Assembly (NCBI GenBank): GCA_965205485.1
Contig: OZ242180.1
Coordinates: 3,392,001 to 3,456,000 of the forward strand
Direction: 5' to 3'
Source of the DNA: Candidatus Latescibacterota bacterium
GTDB taxonomy: Bacteria > Latescibacterota > UBA2968 > GCA-2709665
DNA length: 64,000 nt
Position numbers and translations under genes: made by a program. The notes below the pieces were generated by a model. That model was not told the DNA's origin. It did no database searches and saw nothing but the letters and a program-made list of their open reading frames with translations. Positions 28,879 to 40,000 of the stretch are shown here, one piece after another; within the stretch, counting starts at the first letter, position 1; each line of letters starts with the position of its first letter.

Positions 28879-29778
28879 ATGAATTACGAGTTCAGGCTCA
28901 ACTGCGGGCTCTTACGCTTGTTTGACGAGTTTGATTCCTCGCCGGATGAGTCGGCGCCTCGCTTCCAATATGAACTCTCGCATCCTGAGCTCGAACGTCT
29001 GCGCGAAGAATATAGCCTTGATCAGGTTGCGGGAGGAGGAGACGAGTGGTCAAAGGTCCTGAACTTGATGCAGTGGATGTCAGAAGGCGTATGCCACAGA
29101 GGCGACATAACCAAATCACGGCCCGAAGTCTGCGAATCGCTGCCCATGAACGCTTCGGGACTTTTGAAATATTCGTTCGGCAAAGGCGAGGACTGTGGCA
29201 TCAACTGCTACATGCTGTCTATCGTGTTGACAGAGGCCTGCCTGTCTCTGGGGTTGCCGACCCGAATCGTGTCACTGAATCCCTTGAATCCATACGACTA
29301 CGACAATCATCTGGTTACGGTGGTTTGGTGTGCTTCCCGCTCGAAGTGGGTGATGGCTGATCCTTCGTACAACGCGTATCTGCGTGACTCTGACGGACTT
29401 GTTCTGAGCCCATGGGAGACCAGGGATCGCCTTTGCCGACACGAGACCATTTTCTGCAACGACGAGCTGAGCCACAATGGAGCCAGGTACAGCTCAGAAG
29501 ACTATCTGACTTACCTGGCGAAGAACCTGCTCTACATGCACTCCCCATGCTTCAACGGCTTCGGAAGCGTTACTTCAGGGAAGACGTGGCTCACGCTGGC
29601 CCCGAAAGACCTGGACGTCTGCAAGCGTGAGACATACAACCTGAAATGGCGTGAAGAGGCCGAAAGCGGGAAATGGGAGAACGAGGAACTTCAGAGTCTT
29701 CTTGAGAGACGAAGGTTGGCGGGAGGCCACGCGGTCACGTCTTCTGTCGCGTCTTTTGCGCAAGCGCCTAAAGGATGA
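28879..29778 (+). CDS. Transglutaminase-like domain protein
   Basis: Catalytic triad in 'GINCY', 'DNHLVT' and 'WVMADP'. Confidence 0.8.
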   Translation: MNYEFRLNCGLLRLFDEFDSSPDESAPRFQYELSHPELERLREEYSLDQVAGGGDEWSKVLNLMQWMSEGVCHRGDITKSRPEVCESLPMNASGLLKYSFGKGEDCGINCYMLSIVLTEACLSLGLPTRIVSLNPLNPYDYDNHLVTVVWCASRSKWVMADPSYNAYLRDSDGLVLSPWETRDRLCRHETIFCNDELSHNGARYSSEDYLTYLAKNLLYMHSPCFNGFGSVTSGKTWLTLAPKDLDVCKRETYNLKWREEAESGKWENEELQSLLERRRLAGGHAVTSSVASFAQAPKG

Positions 29779-29916
29779 TTCGGATCACTGCTGTCCAAGA
29801 ACCGTGGGAATCTTGCAGATAGGGTCCGAAGAGTGGATTCGATTCGTGATTTTGGACGTGTCTGATCAGGATAACGGAAACAAGGTTGCCATCGGTCGTT
29901 GTTTGCTGCAACGCAA

Positions 29917-30136
29917 GTCATTCTGAGCGCAGTCGAAGCATCGTTCGCGGCTTCAGTCCCGCGTTGGGGGCGGACGTGCTGCCTCTTGGGTATTGAAACG
30001 TGCAAAACGCGCGCGGATGCCCCGATGCTGCAGTAGATCCTTCGTCGGCCAGGGTACCGGCCCCGGATGGCAGTCTGATGTCGAATGAAACCGATGCATT
30101 TCGCGGACGTTGCACCCAGGCCTCCTCTGGATGACA
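29917..30136. repeat. REPIN-like unit (GTCATTCTGAGC...GGATGACA)
   Basis: Homologous to 15578-15742, including CCGATGCTGCAGTAGATCCTTCGTC. Confidence 0.7.
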
Positions 30137-30207
30137 GTCCTTGCCAACGCCTGACCGACACATTTCGCCACCTGAATGTAAGCGGAAACAGCCAGTTGAG
30201 AGAGCAA

Positions 30208-30999
30208 ATGAGCCACCCGAAGGCATCCATAGCTACCTCCTTTGCATACGACTGCCCACTTGAGGATTTGCTTCCCTTGATAGCTGAGGCAGGATTCACG
30301 CATGTTTCGCTTGGAGCACAAGAGCCACATTCGAGCTACCTTGGAGACGCGAGGAGATCCGGTTTGCGGAATCTCCTGCTTGACTGCAACCTGCAAATGG
30401 ACACAATTCACGGCAAACCACTTCACCTTCCCCAGGCGCATTCGACCCTGGCCGCCACGGTAGAATCCGCGGCCTTTCTCGATGTGCCGACGGTCGTGGT
30501 ACACGCCGGGCCATTCGTCCTGGAGTCCAGGGAGATGCATGAACACCTCGAGGCGGCTCTCGCCACCTGCGAGGCTCTGACTTCAATCCTTCGGGATAAC
30601 GGAGTTAAATTGGCACTTGAGAATGTGCATCCCGGACCCGCCACGGATCTTGTACGACGTGTTCTTGACAGTCTGCCTGGTGACGTTTTCGGGTTTTGCT
30701 ACGATTCTTCACATGATCAAATAGGAGGTCCGAAGCCCTTCACATTGCTCGGGGATATGTCAGATCGGCTTCTGGCGCTTCACTTGTCAGATCGGGTCCG
30801 GGAGTATGTTGACCATGTCATTCCCGGCCATGGGTTCATTGACTGGGAGAATCTGTGCGGGCGTATCCGCAACACCGATTACGGTGGGCCAGTAACACTT
30901 GAGGTTCTGACCGAACATTCGAGGGTGAAGGAGAGGAAAGAGTTCGTGAGGTTGGCTTTCGAGCAAGCCGCGAGGCTGTACAATCTGGCCTTTGCGTAA
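30208..30999 (+). CDS. Sugar phosphate isomerase/epimerase (xylose-isomerase-like TIM barrel)
   Basis: 'LALEN', 'CYDSSH', 'LHLSD' and 'HVIPGHGFIDW'. Confidence 0.85.
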   Translation: MSHPKASIATSFAYDCPLEDLLPLIAEAGFTHVSLGAQEPHSSYLGDARRSGLRNLLLDCNLQMDTIHGKPLHLPQAHSTLAATVESAAFLDVPTVVVHAGPFVLESREMHEHLEAALATCEALTSILRDNGVKLALENVHPGPATDLVRRVLDSLPGDVFGFCYDSSHDQIGGPKPFTLLGDMSDRLLALHLSDRVREYVDHVIPGHGFIDWENLCGRIRNTDYGGPVTLEVLTEHSRVKERKEFVRLAFEQAARLYNLAFA

Positions 31000-31081
31000 G
31001 GAAGAAGGCATGCGAAAGGGAACTTCGTGTCCAATTCGACGATGGGATCTGTTCTGCGCGCGCTGAAAGGCAGGCAAAACA

Positions 31082-31936
31082 ATGTCGCTAAACAAGCATG
31101 ACATATGGGCGGACCTGAGGTATGCCCTTGATGAACTGGATAGGCCCTCGCGCGACATACGTAACCGCTTGACTGATGCTGCAAACTTAGATGCACAATC
31201 TGAGAATGAGTTCTTCAATAGACTACTTCTGATTGCACAACTCTCCTCAGCATACTCAAAGGCAAGGGCAAGGGCAGACACGAGGAATGCTCACGAAGCA
31301 ATCGAGAAGGGCCTAAAGGCGATTCTGATAGACGGTGGCCTGTCAGAGAACCACGTTCGTTCTCGCGGGCACGAGCTACACCGACTGTTGGCGGATGTTC
31401 AACAACATAACCCAACGGCATTCAATGAATTAGAGCGGTGTTTTGACAGTACGATCCAATATCTGGAGAGCGTCACAACCATCCAGCACACCACAAACAT
31501 TGTTGACTATTTTCGGAAACACGGCAAAGCGGAAATATTCGTAGCAAATAGGTACGGGAGTATCGACGGAAATAACAACAAGCATGGGATGATTCACTTG
31601 GTCTATTGTGAAATTATCCATGTGCTATTGTCGCTCATATTCGGCTGGACTCCCAAGGACGTAAATTTCCGCATCGAGGAAGAGGCAAGAAAAGCAGTAT
31701 TGGCCGATAGCAAACTTGACCCGGCGTGGGACGCAACGGAGTGGTTGATTCGGGGGCCCGTTCGCCCGCGACTGGAAGCCATCGAAAACCTGGAGAACAA
31801 TAAAGTCCTCCGCGCTTCCGTGAGGAGGTGTGCGAGGGAATCTAAGGATAGCAGGATTAAGTATTGGGCTAAAGGGCTCAGGTACAAACTCTTCGAAGCG
31901 AGAAGTAAGGCGCGAGCTGAGCGCCGGGATGGGTAG
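31082..31936 (+). CDS. HEPN-like domain protein
   Basis: 'AHEAIEKGLKAIL', 'GHELHRLL' and 'NRY' resemble HEPN motifs; visibly lower GC. Confidence 0.55.
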   Translation: MSLNKHDIWADLRYALDELDRPSRDIRNRLTDAANLDAQSENEFFNRLLLIAQLSSAYSKARARADTRNAHEAIEKGLKAILIDGGLSENHVRSRGHELHRLLADVQQHNPTAFNELERCFDSTIQYLESVTTIQHTTNIVDYFRKHGKAEIFVANRYGSIDGNNNKHGMIHLVYCEIIHVLLSLIFGWTPKDVNFRIEEEARKAVLADSKLDPAWDATEWLIRGPVRPRLEAIENLENNKVLRASVRRCARESKDSRIKYWAKGLRYKLFEARSKARAERRDG

Positions 31937-32072
31937 ACTTCGATATAAACGCGATCTCCGGCATCGGATTAAAACTCAAAGAAGCCTTGAAGCGGGACGG
32001 AGATGCTGAGAATTGCCACGAAGAGACTCTTCCTCGTTGTCGTTGCATGCAAAGCGTGAATCGGAGACCAGT

Positions 32073-33167
32073 ATGAAATCTACCAGACATCTATGGCCCA
32101 TGTTGGCGGTTTTGTTTGTGGCATCGGACGCCAAGGCCAATGGCTTCGCCATGGGTCATCGTCACGTTCCAATAGTCGTAGACGTTGACGCAACCCTTTA
32201 CACCGGTGAAACCGTGCGCTTGCGAGCTGGACAACCCATCTACCTTGACGACAGATCCCGGACCTATTATCGCGAAATTCCTGTCGAGTTACCGTCAGGC
32301 GCACTGCCGGCATCACTCGATGGATACCGTCTTTATAGACAAAAGTCCTTGAAACGGAGCGCCGCTCTTCTTTCGTTGGAGGCCTCAGAGGAGACAAATC
32401 CGATTGCGAGGACATGGCTATATCTCCTGGCCGGGCACTCATACGTAATAGCTGGCGGTTCTGCCGACAAGAGAGCAAATGAGGCGTACCATAAGGGATC
32501 TGAACCGCCGCTAAACGTTTACAGTCCATACGGTCTATTCTTCAACGCAAAGCTTCTCGCAGTCAATCGGGACTATCGAGGGGCCAAGCGGATTCTGCAG
32601 CGAATCCTGGAGAGATTTGGCGAGGGCGCAATTGATGCAGTTAGATCGACGCAACGTGTCAAACTATTTACAACCTATACTCATGGATCTGCCATAACCG
32701 AGGGATATTTTAGCGGATTTCGCGGTCTTGACTGGTCTATCCAGGTCTTGGATAGGCTACTTGATGCACAGCAGAAATACCAAACGGTCGATCAAGGGAT
32801 TGAGGCTGCGGATAGGCCGCAGGTCTGCTTTGATTACGCGACGGCTGTTGAAGATTTGTGGAAGTACTTCCCTCCGAAAGAATTCTTTGGATTTAAAAAG
32901 CCCGATGAACCAGAGGAGGTGCTTCGACGTATTGTCACAGAATATCCTGCGTCGGACGTGGCACCGTTGGCCTACTTCCGGCTCCTGACTTACTACGAGG
33001 CCCCTTATGAATTCAACGGGGACGACGTTGCCAGATACCGATTCGAATTTCGCCAGATGACGAAGTTTTTGTCGAAGTATCCGGACAGCAAGCTAAGCGA
33101 TGACGCTCGGCAGAGACTGGCCGAGGCGGAGAAGTTCCTGAAGGACAGCGGAAATCCGCCAAGGTAG
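32073..33167 (+). CDS. Secreted TPR/BamD-like protein
   Basis: Signal peptide; 'IVTEYPASDVAPLAY' and 'FLSKYPDSKLSDDA'. Confidence 0.65.
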   Translation: MKSTRHLWPMLAVLFVASDAKANGFAMGHRHVPIVVDVDATLYTGETVRLRAGQPIYLDDRSRTYYREIPVELPSGALPASLDGYRLYRQKSLKRSAALLSLEASEETNPIARTWLYLLAGHSYVIAGGSADKRANEAYHKGSEPPLNVYSPYGLFFNAKLLAVNRDYRGAKRILQRILERFGEGAIDAVRSTQRVKLFTTYTHGSAITEGYFSGFRGLDWSIQVLDRLLDAQQKYQTVDQGIEAADRPQVCFDYATAVEDLWKYFPPKEFFGFKKPDEPEEVLRRIVTEYPASDVAPLAYFRLLTYYEAPYEFNGDDVARYRFEFRQMTKFLSKYPDSKLSDDARQRLAEAEKFLKDSGNPPR

Positions 33168-33196
33168 TCGAAACGAGTCGCCCGGGCGGCAAATCC

Positions 33197-33226
33197 AGCT
33201 AACACGCCGGGCTTCGGCTCCCGCGA
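33197..33226 (+). other. attC-like left arm
   Basis: AGCTAACACGCCGGGCTTCGGCTCCCGCG resembles 19650 CGATGACACGCCGGACTGCGGCTCCCGCG. Confidence 0.5.
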
Positions 33227-33419
33227 AATGGCGCCTCCAAACGTGGCCGGCCTATCACAGTAACGGCGCCAGCGCCACAATTGCCCTCCTGGGCTTCGTC
33301 TTGATAAGGGCGCAAGCGTTTAGCGCGGCAGGCTGCGGTTCCGGCTCATTCGGCAGTCTCACGAGAGGCGGGAACGGTAGAGGCCCTGCGAAGTGGACCG
33401 AGCCGGGGGACGGGTTTAA

Positions 33420-33998
33420 ATGAGATTCTCAGTCGTCAGCAGCAGTCTCGATGCCCGCAGTCGCAGCAGGGTGCTTGCCTCCATGTGTCGTACCGCCCTG
33501 GAGGACAAGGGGCATGCTGTCGACTTCATCAATCTTCGACAACTCGATCCACCGAATTTCGACGATGACGAGATCTATTCGTCCGAGGTTTACCAATCGT
33601 GCCACAGGATCATTGCGGCAGCCGACGCAATCATATTGGCCAGTCCGGTATACAACTGGGCGTGCTGCGCGGAGCTCAAGAAATTCGTCGAATATATGGG
33701 TTCTACGCCGCCAGGCGGATCGCTCAGAGGCGCTTTCTATGACAAGGTCGTGATGTTTGTCAATTCGGCCAGCTATCCGCACAGCTATATGGCGTTCGCT
33801 TCTCTCGCAACCTCCCTGATGCTTGATTTCAAGTGCATTGTCAGCCCCTACAATGTCTATGCGCACGGCGACAATTGGGGTGAGGGAGGCGAACTCGACG
33901 ACGCGACGACGTCCAGATTGGACAAGTCACTATCTGTACTGATTGAGCTTGCGGAGCGACTCAAGAGCCGATCATACGTGTCGAACTGGGAAATCTGA
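33420..33998 (+). CDS. NADPH-dependent FMN reductase
   Basis: 'SSSLDARSRSR' and 'ILASPVYNW...LKKFVE'. Confidence 0.85.
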   Translation: MRFSVVSSSLDARSRSRVLASMCRTALEDKGHAVDFINLRQLDPPNFDDDEIYSSEVYQSCHRIIAAADAIILASPVYNWACCAELKKFVEYMGSTPPGGSLRGAFYDKVVMFVNSASYPHSYMAFASLATSLMLDFKCIVSPYNVYAHGDNWGEGGELDDATTSRLDKSLSVLIELAERLKSRSYVSNWEI

Positions 33999-34025
33999 CT
34001 CCAACTACAAACGGAAGGATCATCA

Positions 34026-35084
34026 ATGCCTCGCCATGACATTCATTGTCGTTTCTTTTCACAGGAAGACCTCCTTGCCGCAGGATGCCTGGACATCCGG
34101 ATGGCGATGGACGCTGCCGAATCGGCTATTCGTGCATTTGACAAAGGAGACGTTCTCTTTCCTGACAAGATCGTGCAGATCTTCAACGATGAAACCCAGG
34201 AGAGAATCAACTGCCTGCCGGCGACGTTCAAGGATAAGGAAATTTGCGGCATGAAGTGGGTGTCGGTCTTTCCACCGAATCCGGTTAAACATGGGATTCA
34301 GAATCTCTCGGCAGTGATCATCCTGTCCGAGATCGTCCATGGATTCCCGATCGCGTTCATGGAAGGCACGCTGTGTTCCAACATTCGAGTTGGGAGCATC
34401 GGCGCACTGGCCGCCAGATACCTGGCCCGTCAGGACGCAACATCGATCGGATTTATCGGCGCCGGTGAACAGGCAAAGATGCATTTGATCGCGATGAAGA
34501 CTGCCATACCGTCACTGAAGACGTGTCGTGTGGCCGCGAAGCTGGGTGCCGAGGAAGAACAGTTTACCAAGGAAATGTCTGCAATCGTTCCCGATATGGA
34601 TTTTTCGATCGCGAATTCAGACCTCGAACGTGCCATTGACGGAGCGGACATCATTGTCACGGCAACCAGTGCACAGGCGCCGCTGCTTAAGGCGGACTGG
34701 ATGAAACCCGGTGCTTTCTACAGTCACATTGGTGGCTGGGAAGATGAATACAACGTGGCGAAACTTTGCGATAAGATTGTATGCGATGACTGGGAGACCG
34801 TGAAACATAGAACACAGACGCTCAGTCGTATGTACAAGGAAGGCTTGCTGGCGGATGACGACTTGTACGCGAATCTCGTGGAATTGGTCCGTGGTACGAA
34901 GCCGGGGAGGGAGAACGACGACGAAAGAATCTATTTTAACGCGGTGGGTCTGGCCTACGTTGACGTCGGGATCGCCATTGCCATGTATGAGAGAGCCCTC
35001 GAAGCCGGCCTGGGACAGGATCTGCAAATTCAGCGCGAGATGATATTCGAGCATGCAGACCTCAAAGACTGGGTACGACTATGA
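34026..35084 (+). CDS. Ornithine cyclodeaminase/mu-crystallin family protein
   Basis: 'GMKWVSVFPPN', 'GFIGAGEQA', 'ADIIVTATSA' and 'FNAVGLAYVD'. Confidence 0.85.
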   Translation: MPRHDIHCRFFSQEDLLAAGCLDIRMAMDAAESAIRAFDKGDVLFPDKIVQIFNDETQERINCLPATFKDKEICGMKWVSVFPPNPVKHGIQNLSAVIILSEIVHGFPIAFMEGTLCSNIRVGSIGALAARYLARQDATSIGFIGAGEQAKMHLIAMKTAIPSLKTCRVAAKLGAEEEQFTKEMSAIVPDMDFSIANSDLERAIDGADIIVTATSAQAPLLKADWMKPGAFYSHIGGWEDEYNVAKLCDKIVCDDWETVKHRTQTLSRMYKEGLLADDDLYANLVELVRGTKPGRENDDERIYFNAVGLAYVDVGIAIAMYERALEAGLGQDLQIQREMIFEHADLKDWVRL

Positions 35085-35201
35085 CCAATGCCTCCACGTG
35101 CGAAGGCCAGGAGAGATCATCATATAACAATCGCATGCGCAGGAACCGCGGATTCTGCAGCGACTGATTAATCTCAACTCTACAAAGACAACCGTCAATT
35201 T

Positions 35202-35385
35202 ACCACAAAAAGCACAAAAGGCACAGAAAGTGACGGTGCAAAAACGGGGTCTTGAGGTCGTTGAGAGGGATGAAATCTCCCTTCACGTCCAGTGACCTCA
35301 AGTATGCGGGACATTTGACGTCAATTCGCCTTTGTTCTTCTGTATATATTCGACATTCAGGTCCCCGAATAATAGTGAATCAAGG
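35202..35385 (-). mobile_element. MITE family A, copy 3 (inverted, diverged)
   Basis: Ends GAATCAAGG|CTAA; contains TTCACGTCCAGTGACC. ACCACAAAAAGCACAAAAGGCAC mirrors 1160-1191. Confidence 0.7.
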
Positions 35386-35622
35386 CTAAGACGGCATCAC
35401 GGGGCCCCTGATGCTGGTCAATGGAGTCGACCGATACCGAATGAGATCCCCGCTGGAAAGTTTGTCCGGTGGGGATTCTGCACGGTGTCCGCTACCCGGC
35501 GCTTGCGTTCACCCCACAGGCATGGGCCGCAAGCGGCGAAGGATTCAGTTGAAATGGCGATAACCGGTCCGGGCAGTGATTGTCTCTCCCAAACAGGGCA
35601 GAATAGATCGGAGGTGTTCCTG

Positions 35623-36288
35623 GTGGATCTGAAATCGCAATCGTACCGCAGGCAGATGATCGAATACTATGACGGCGCCAAATATTCTTACGACTGGGAC
35701 GGCGTGCGGCAATCCTACATTGACGATGAAGCCAACTTGAGCGTCGAACAGAGACGCACAATTGAACAGATCCAGCGGGTGTTTTCCGGTCGTAAGGTGC
35801 TGGAACTCGCAGCTGGAGGGGGGCGATGGACGAAACACATCGCGCAAACAGCTGAATCGGTTTTAGCAACGGACACGTCTGAACAGGTGCTGGCAATCGG
35901 ACGTAGTTTGGTGAAGGCGGCGAATGTGAGGTTCGTCCAATCTGACGCATTCGATTTAGGCCAGCTAGACGAGCGTTTCGATGCTGCATTTCACTTCAAC
36001 TTCATCAATCATCTGTCGTACTCTGATTGGCCCCGTCTGGTGGAGAGCCTTCACAGAAAACTTACTCGCGGAGCTGTGGTTGTCATGGGGGGCCAACGAT
36101 ACCGGGCTCCTGAGAGCGACGACGGGATTGACTACTACTCAGACCGCGAGTGTTCCAATGGCAAACGCTATCGGCTCATCGACAATCTGCCGGATGAGGA
36201 CCAGGTGAAATTCGTGATCGGACATCTGGTTGAAGATATGGAGTTTACGATGGACAATCGCTGGTGGACAAAGTACACTGTTCCCTGA
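35623..36288 (+). CDS. Class I SAM-dependent methyltransferase
   Basis: GGAGG RBS and GTG start; 'VLELAAGGGRWT'. Confidence 0.8.
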   Translation: MDLKSQSYRRQMIEYYDGAKYSYDWDGVRQSYIDDEANLSVEQRRTIEQIQRVFSGRKVLELAAGGGRWTKHIAQTAESVLATDTSEQVLAIGRSLVKAANVRFVQSDAFDLGQLDERFDAAFHFNFINHLSYSDWPRLVESLHRKLTRGAVVVMGGQRYRAPESDDGIDYYSDRECSNGKRYRLIDNLPDEDQVKFVIGHLVEDMEFTMDNRWWTKYTVP

Positions 36289-36369
36289 AATCCGGACGGG
36301 AGCAGGGTACACAGCTTTAACAGACACATCCGCCCACAGATTCAGATCTGATTCTGTCCCATTCGTCTT

Positions 36370-36395
36370 GTAGGGGCGCCCCTTGTGGGCGCCCG
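36370..36395 (+). repeat. GTAG-type REP
   Basis: GTAGGGGCGCCCCTTGTGGGCGCCCG; near-identical copy at 57004-57029. Confidence 0.7.
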
Positions 36396-36426
36396 GCCTC
36401 CGGCTAACCGGCGGCAGGGGAATTCG

Positions 36427-36918
36427 ATGTTCTCAGATGCTTCAACTGTAGTGATCGCTTTGTTCCTCCTTGCTCCCATTCTCGTTGGTATTCTCTTCAG
36501 AGTCTTCAGTCCCCGAATGCGGTCAGTTATCGATGCACGAATGCTTACGGCAGATGAGCAAGTTGCGTTCCTCGAAGCGGCGGTGATGACGCTCTATATC
36601 GATGGTTACCTGGAAAAGTCCGAGGAAATCGCGTTACGGTCATTTCTCAAGACCAAAAAGTGGCGAATTGACGTCGAAAAAGAAATCGCCCGTATCCGCC
36701 CCAGAGCGTTGCGCGCTTTGCGGAATCCTATGGATTTGAATGCATATATGATTGGCATCAAAGAGAAGATATCCAGCGAAGAGGCGGCGGGTTCGATTTT
36801 ACTGGCCTGTACAGATTTGAGTGACCATGGCGGACCTTCGGGATGGATTGGTGAATCCGGATTTTTGATAAGTCTTGAACGCTTGTTGCGTGCTGACCAT
36901 GAACAGGGCCCAAATTGA
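36427..36918 (+). CDS. Membrane-anchored TerB-like protein
   Basis: N-terminal TM helix; 'LYIDGYLEKSEEIAL' and 'ESGFLISL'. Confidence 0.55.
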   Translation: MFSDASTVVIALFLLAPILVGILFRVFSPRMRSVIDARMLTADEQVAFLEAAVMTLYIDGYLEKSEEIALRSFLKTKKWRIDVEKEIARIRPRALRALRNPMDLNAYMIGIKEKISSEEAAGSILLACTDLSDHGGPSGWIGESGFLISLERLLRADHEQGPN

Positions 36919-37039
36919 TGAAGAGTGAATTTCGTCAAAGAATTCAAGGCATCGAAGGCGTCGGCGCCCGGCCTCCGGCTGCTCCGAGCAAGGCGCGGGA
37001 ATGCCCACTGCATGCAAAAGGCGGGAAGCAGGTGACATC

Positions 37040-40000
37040 ATGAACCGACGCGATGCTGTGTGGATTTTTTCTTTCCTGATCCTGGGCACACTCGGTCTCG
37101 CATGTTACGTTCATTTCTTTGACCGGGCCGTTCCCGTTGCCTCGCTTAACTTTCGTGTCAACCGCGAACAGGCTTTTCAGTCTGCCGAAGCATATCTCCA
37201 TGACCTCGGCTACGACCTCGCCGAATACGAGAGCGCTCAAGTCTTCTCCTATGCTCCCCTTCCCCAGATCTTCCTTGAACGGACCCTGGGCCTGGCAGAG
37301 GCCAACCGCCTCGTTCGGGATTGGGTCTCGGTATGGTTTTGGCGCATCCGCTATTTCAAACCGCTTCAGAAGGAAGAACTCCGTGTTCGCATCGATCCCG
37401 ACGGACGCGTCGTCGGGTTCACCCACAGCATCCTCGAGTCCGTGGAAGGCGCCAGCCTCCCGGAAGAGGATGCCCGGCACATCGCCGAGGCCTTCCTCAT
37501 CGACGTTCAGGGTCTTTCGCTCGACGATTTCGAACCCATCGAGGCCTCCAGCATCGACCGTCCCAAGCGGAGGGATCACACATTTACCTACCGCAAGAGG
37601 GATTTCGTCGTTGGCGATGATGGACACTACCGCCTGTACGTCGGTGTCCAGGGGGACAGGGTGGGTAGCTTCTACGAATACGTCAAGGTCCCGGAGACCT
37701 TTTCGCGCGACTACCGGGAGACCCGCTCCCGCGCCGGTCTACTCGCAAAAGTTGCCCGGGGATTTGCCCTCGCCCTGGGTCTTGCCATGGTCGTCGTCCT
37801 GGTGCGCAAGTACCGCCAGCGCACGCTCACCTGGCGTGTCGCTGTATCCATCGGTATCCTCGTGGGAGCAGCCTCCTTGCTCGGATCCATCAATGGCTAT
37901 CCGCTCAGTCTGTTCGGATTCGACACCATGGAGTCCTATGACTCCTTTATTCTCAACTTCATCTTCAACGGTCTCTCCAACGCCGCGGCAATGGCGTTCG
38001 TCGTTGCCGTGTGCGGCACGGCAGGCGGCGCCGCGGCGCAGGACATAAAGGGCTGGCGCAACCCCCTCGAGCGGATTTCTCTACGGCGCTGGCGGTCGGC
38101 GGGCTTTGCGCGCGTCACCCTTGTCGGTTATGGTCTGGCATTCGCGCACCTGGGTTACGTGACCCTCTTCTACATTCTGGGCCACGACTACCTCGGTGTC
38201 TGGTCGCCTGCCGCCATGACCCAATACAGCAATGCCTATAGCACGTACCTGCCCTGGATATATCCGCTCCTGACGGGTCTGGTGGCGGCCACGTTCGAGG
38301 AGTTCCTCTTCCGGCTTGTGGCAATCTCCCTCCTCCTTCGCTGGTTCAAGAGAAGCTGGCTGGCCGTTCTTGTTCCTGCTGTGGTTTGGGCCTTCCTCCA
38401 CGCTGACTATCCGCAGGAACCAATCTACATCCGAGGCCTGGAACTGACGATAGTTGGAGTCGTCCTCGGCATGGTCTTCCTGCGCTTTGGTGTCTGGGCG
38501 ACCATCATTTCCCACTACGTGTACAACTGCTTTCTTGGCGTCTATCCGATGCTTCAGTCCGACAGCCTCTATTTCAAGGTCTCGGGCATTCTCGCAGTCG
38601 CCATCATCTCCATCCCAGCCGTCCCCGCTATTTGGAGCGCCGTCCGCGGCCGCTTCGAGGACGAGCCCCGTGAACCCGTCCCAAAGGCGCCAGTGGCCGC
38701 ACCTCCGCCGTCTGCCCTTCCCGCGCAGCCGCCAGAGCCTCCGATCGAACGCAAGAGACCCTCTGACTACCTCGTCTCAGGCAGGGGCCTCCTCGTCTTT
38801 GGCATCCTCGGACTTTCGGGCTGGTGCGCATACTTCGCTTTCGAAACGCGGGATTTCGCCGAATACGCACGCGAAGAGGTCCCCACGCGAGCGCAGGCCA
38901 ATGAGTTAGCCGAAGGATATCGGGAGCAACTCGGAATCGAACTCGAAGGTTATCGCCGCACCACCAGATTCTCAAGCAGTCTCGGTTCCAAACACTTTAA
39001 ACACCTGCTGCGAAACGTCGACGTCGGGAGGGCGGATACGCTTGCGGCGGAGCACACGGCCTCCTGGCGCTGGATCGTACGATGGTTCAAGCCTCTTGAA
39101 AAGGAGGAACTCACCATCAGCATTGATGGCAACGGCGGCCTTTCATACGTCTCGCATGCAGTACCGGAAGGCCAGGAGGGTGCGGAACTCGCCATCGAAG
39201 ACGCACAGGAAGTGGCGGAAGCCTTCCTGCGCCAACATCTGAATCGGGATGTAACCGATACGACGCGCTACAAGCGTCTCGAAGCACGCTCCATCAAGCG
39301 CGAAAACCGGATGGATCACCGCTTTGTGTGGGAACGCACGGACATTAAGGTGGAAGAGGGCGAGTTTCGCATCGTCGCCTCTGTACAGGGCGACCGGATC
39401 GGCCTTGCGTATAAGGCCTACAAGGCGCCTGAAGAATTCATGCGCAAACAGAGAGAGAAGACTGCAAAGAGCACCATTGTATCTACTATCCGCACTATCG
39501 CCCTAATCGTAACCTTCGTTCTGGCCCTGATTTACCTGCTGCGCGCCTATCGGAACGGGCTGATCGAGTGGCGATTGCCCGTCTGTTTCGGCATCCTCTT
39601 TGGCGTATGCTCCATACTCGAGGGCCTCAACGAACTGCCCACATTCTACCGGGGCTTTGACACGAGTCAAGCTATGGGTACCTTCCTCATTGGCAAGCTT
39701 GTCGATGTTGTTCCGGGCTTCGTTTTCGCGACCATCTTCGCCCTGTTGATCTGCGCCCTCGGAGATACGCTGTTTCGCATCGAGCGTCCCGGAGAAATGC
39801 GCATCTCCGAATGGATCGACGTGTTCCGCCTGAAGGCGGGCGGCGCGGCGTTGTGGTGGCAGGTCGTCTTTCTGGTCGCGTGCTATTCCGGTATCACGGA
39901 GGGCGCCGGCGCTCTTGCCTCTTACGTGCGTCTCAACATTCTTTCGTACCACCCGGCCGCAAGAGGCGGCGTGCCCGCAAACGTCAATACCTACCTGCCC

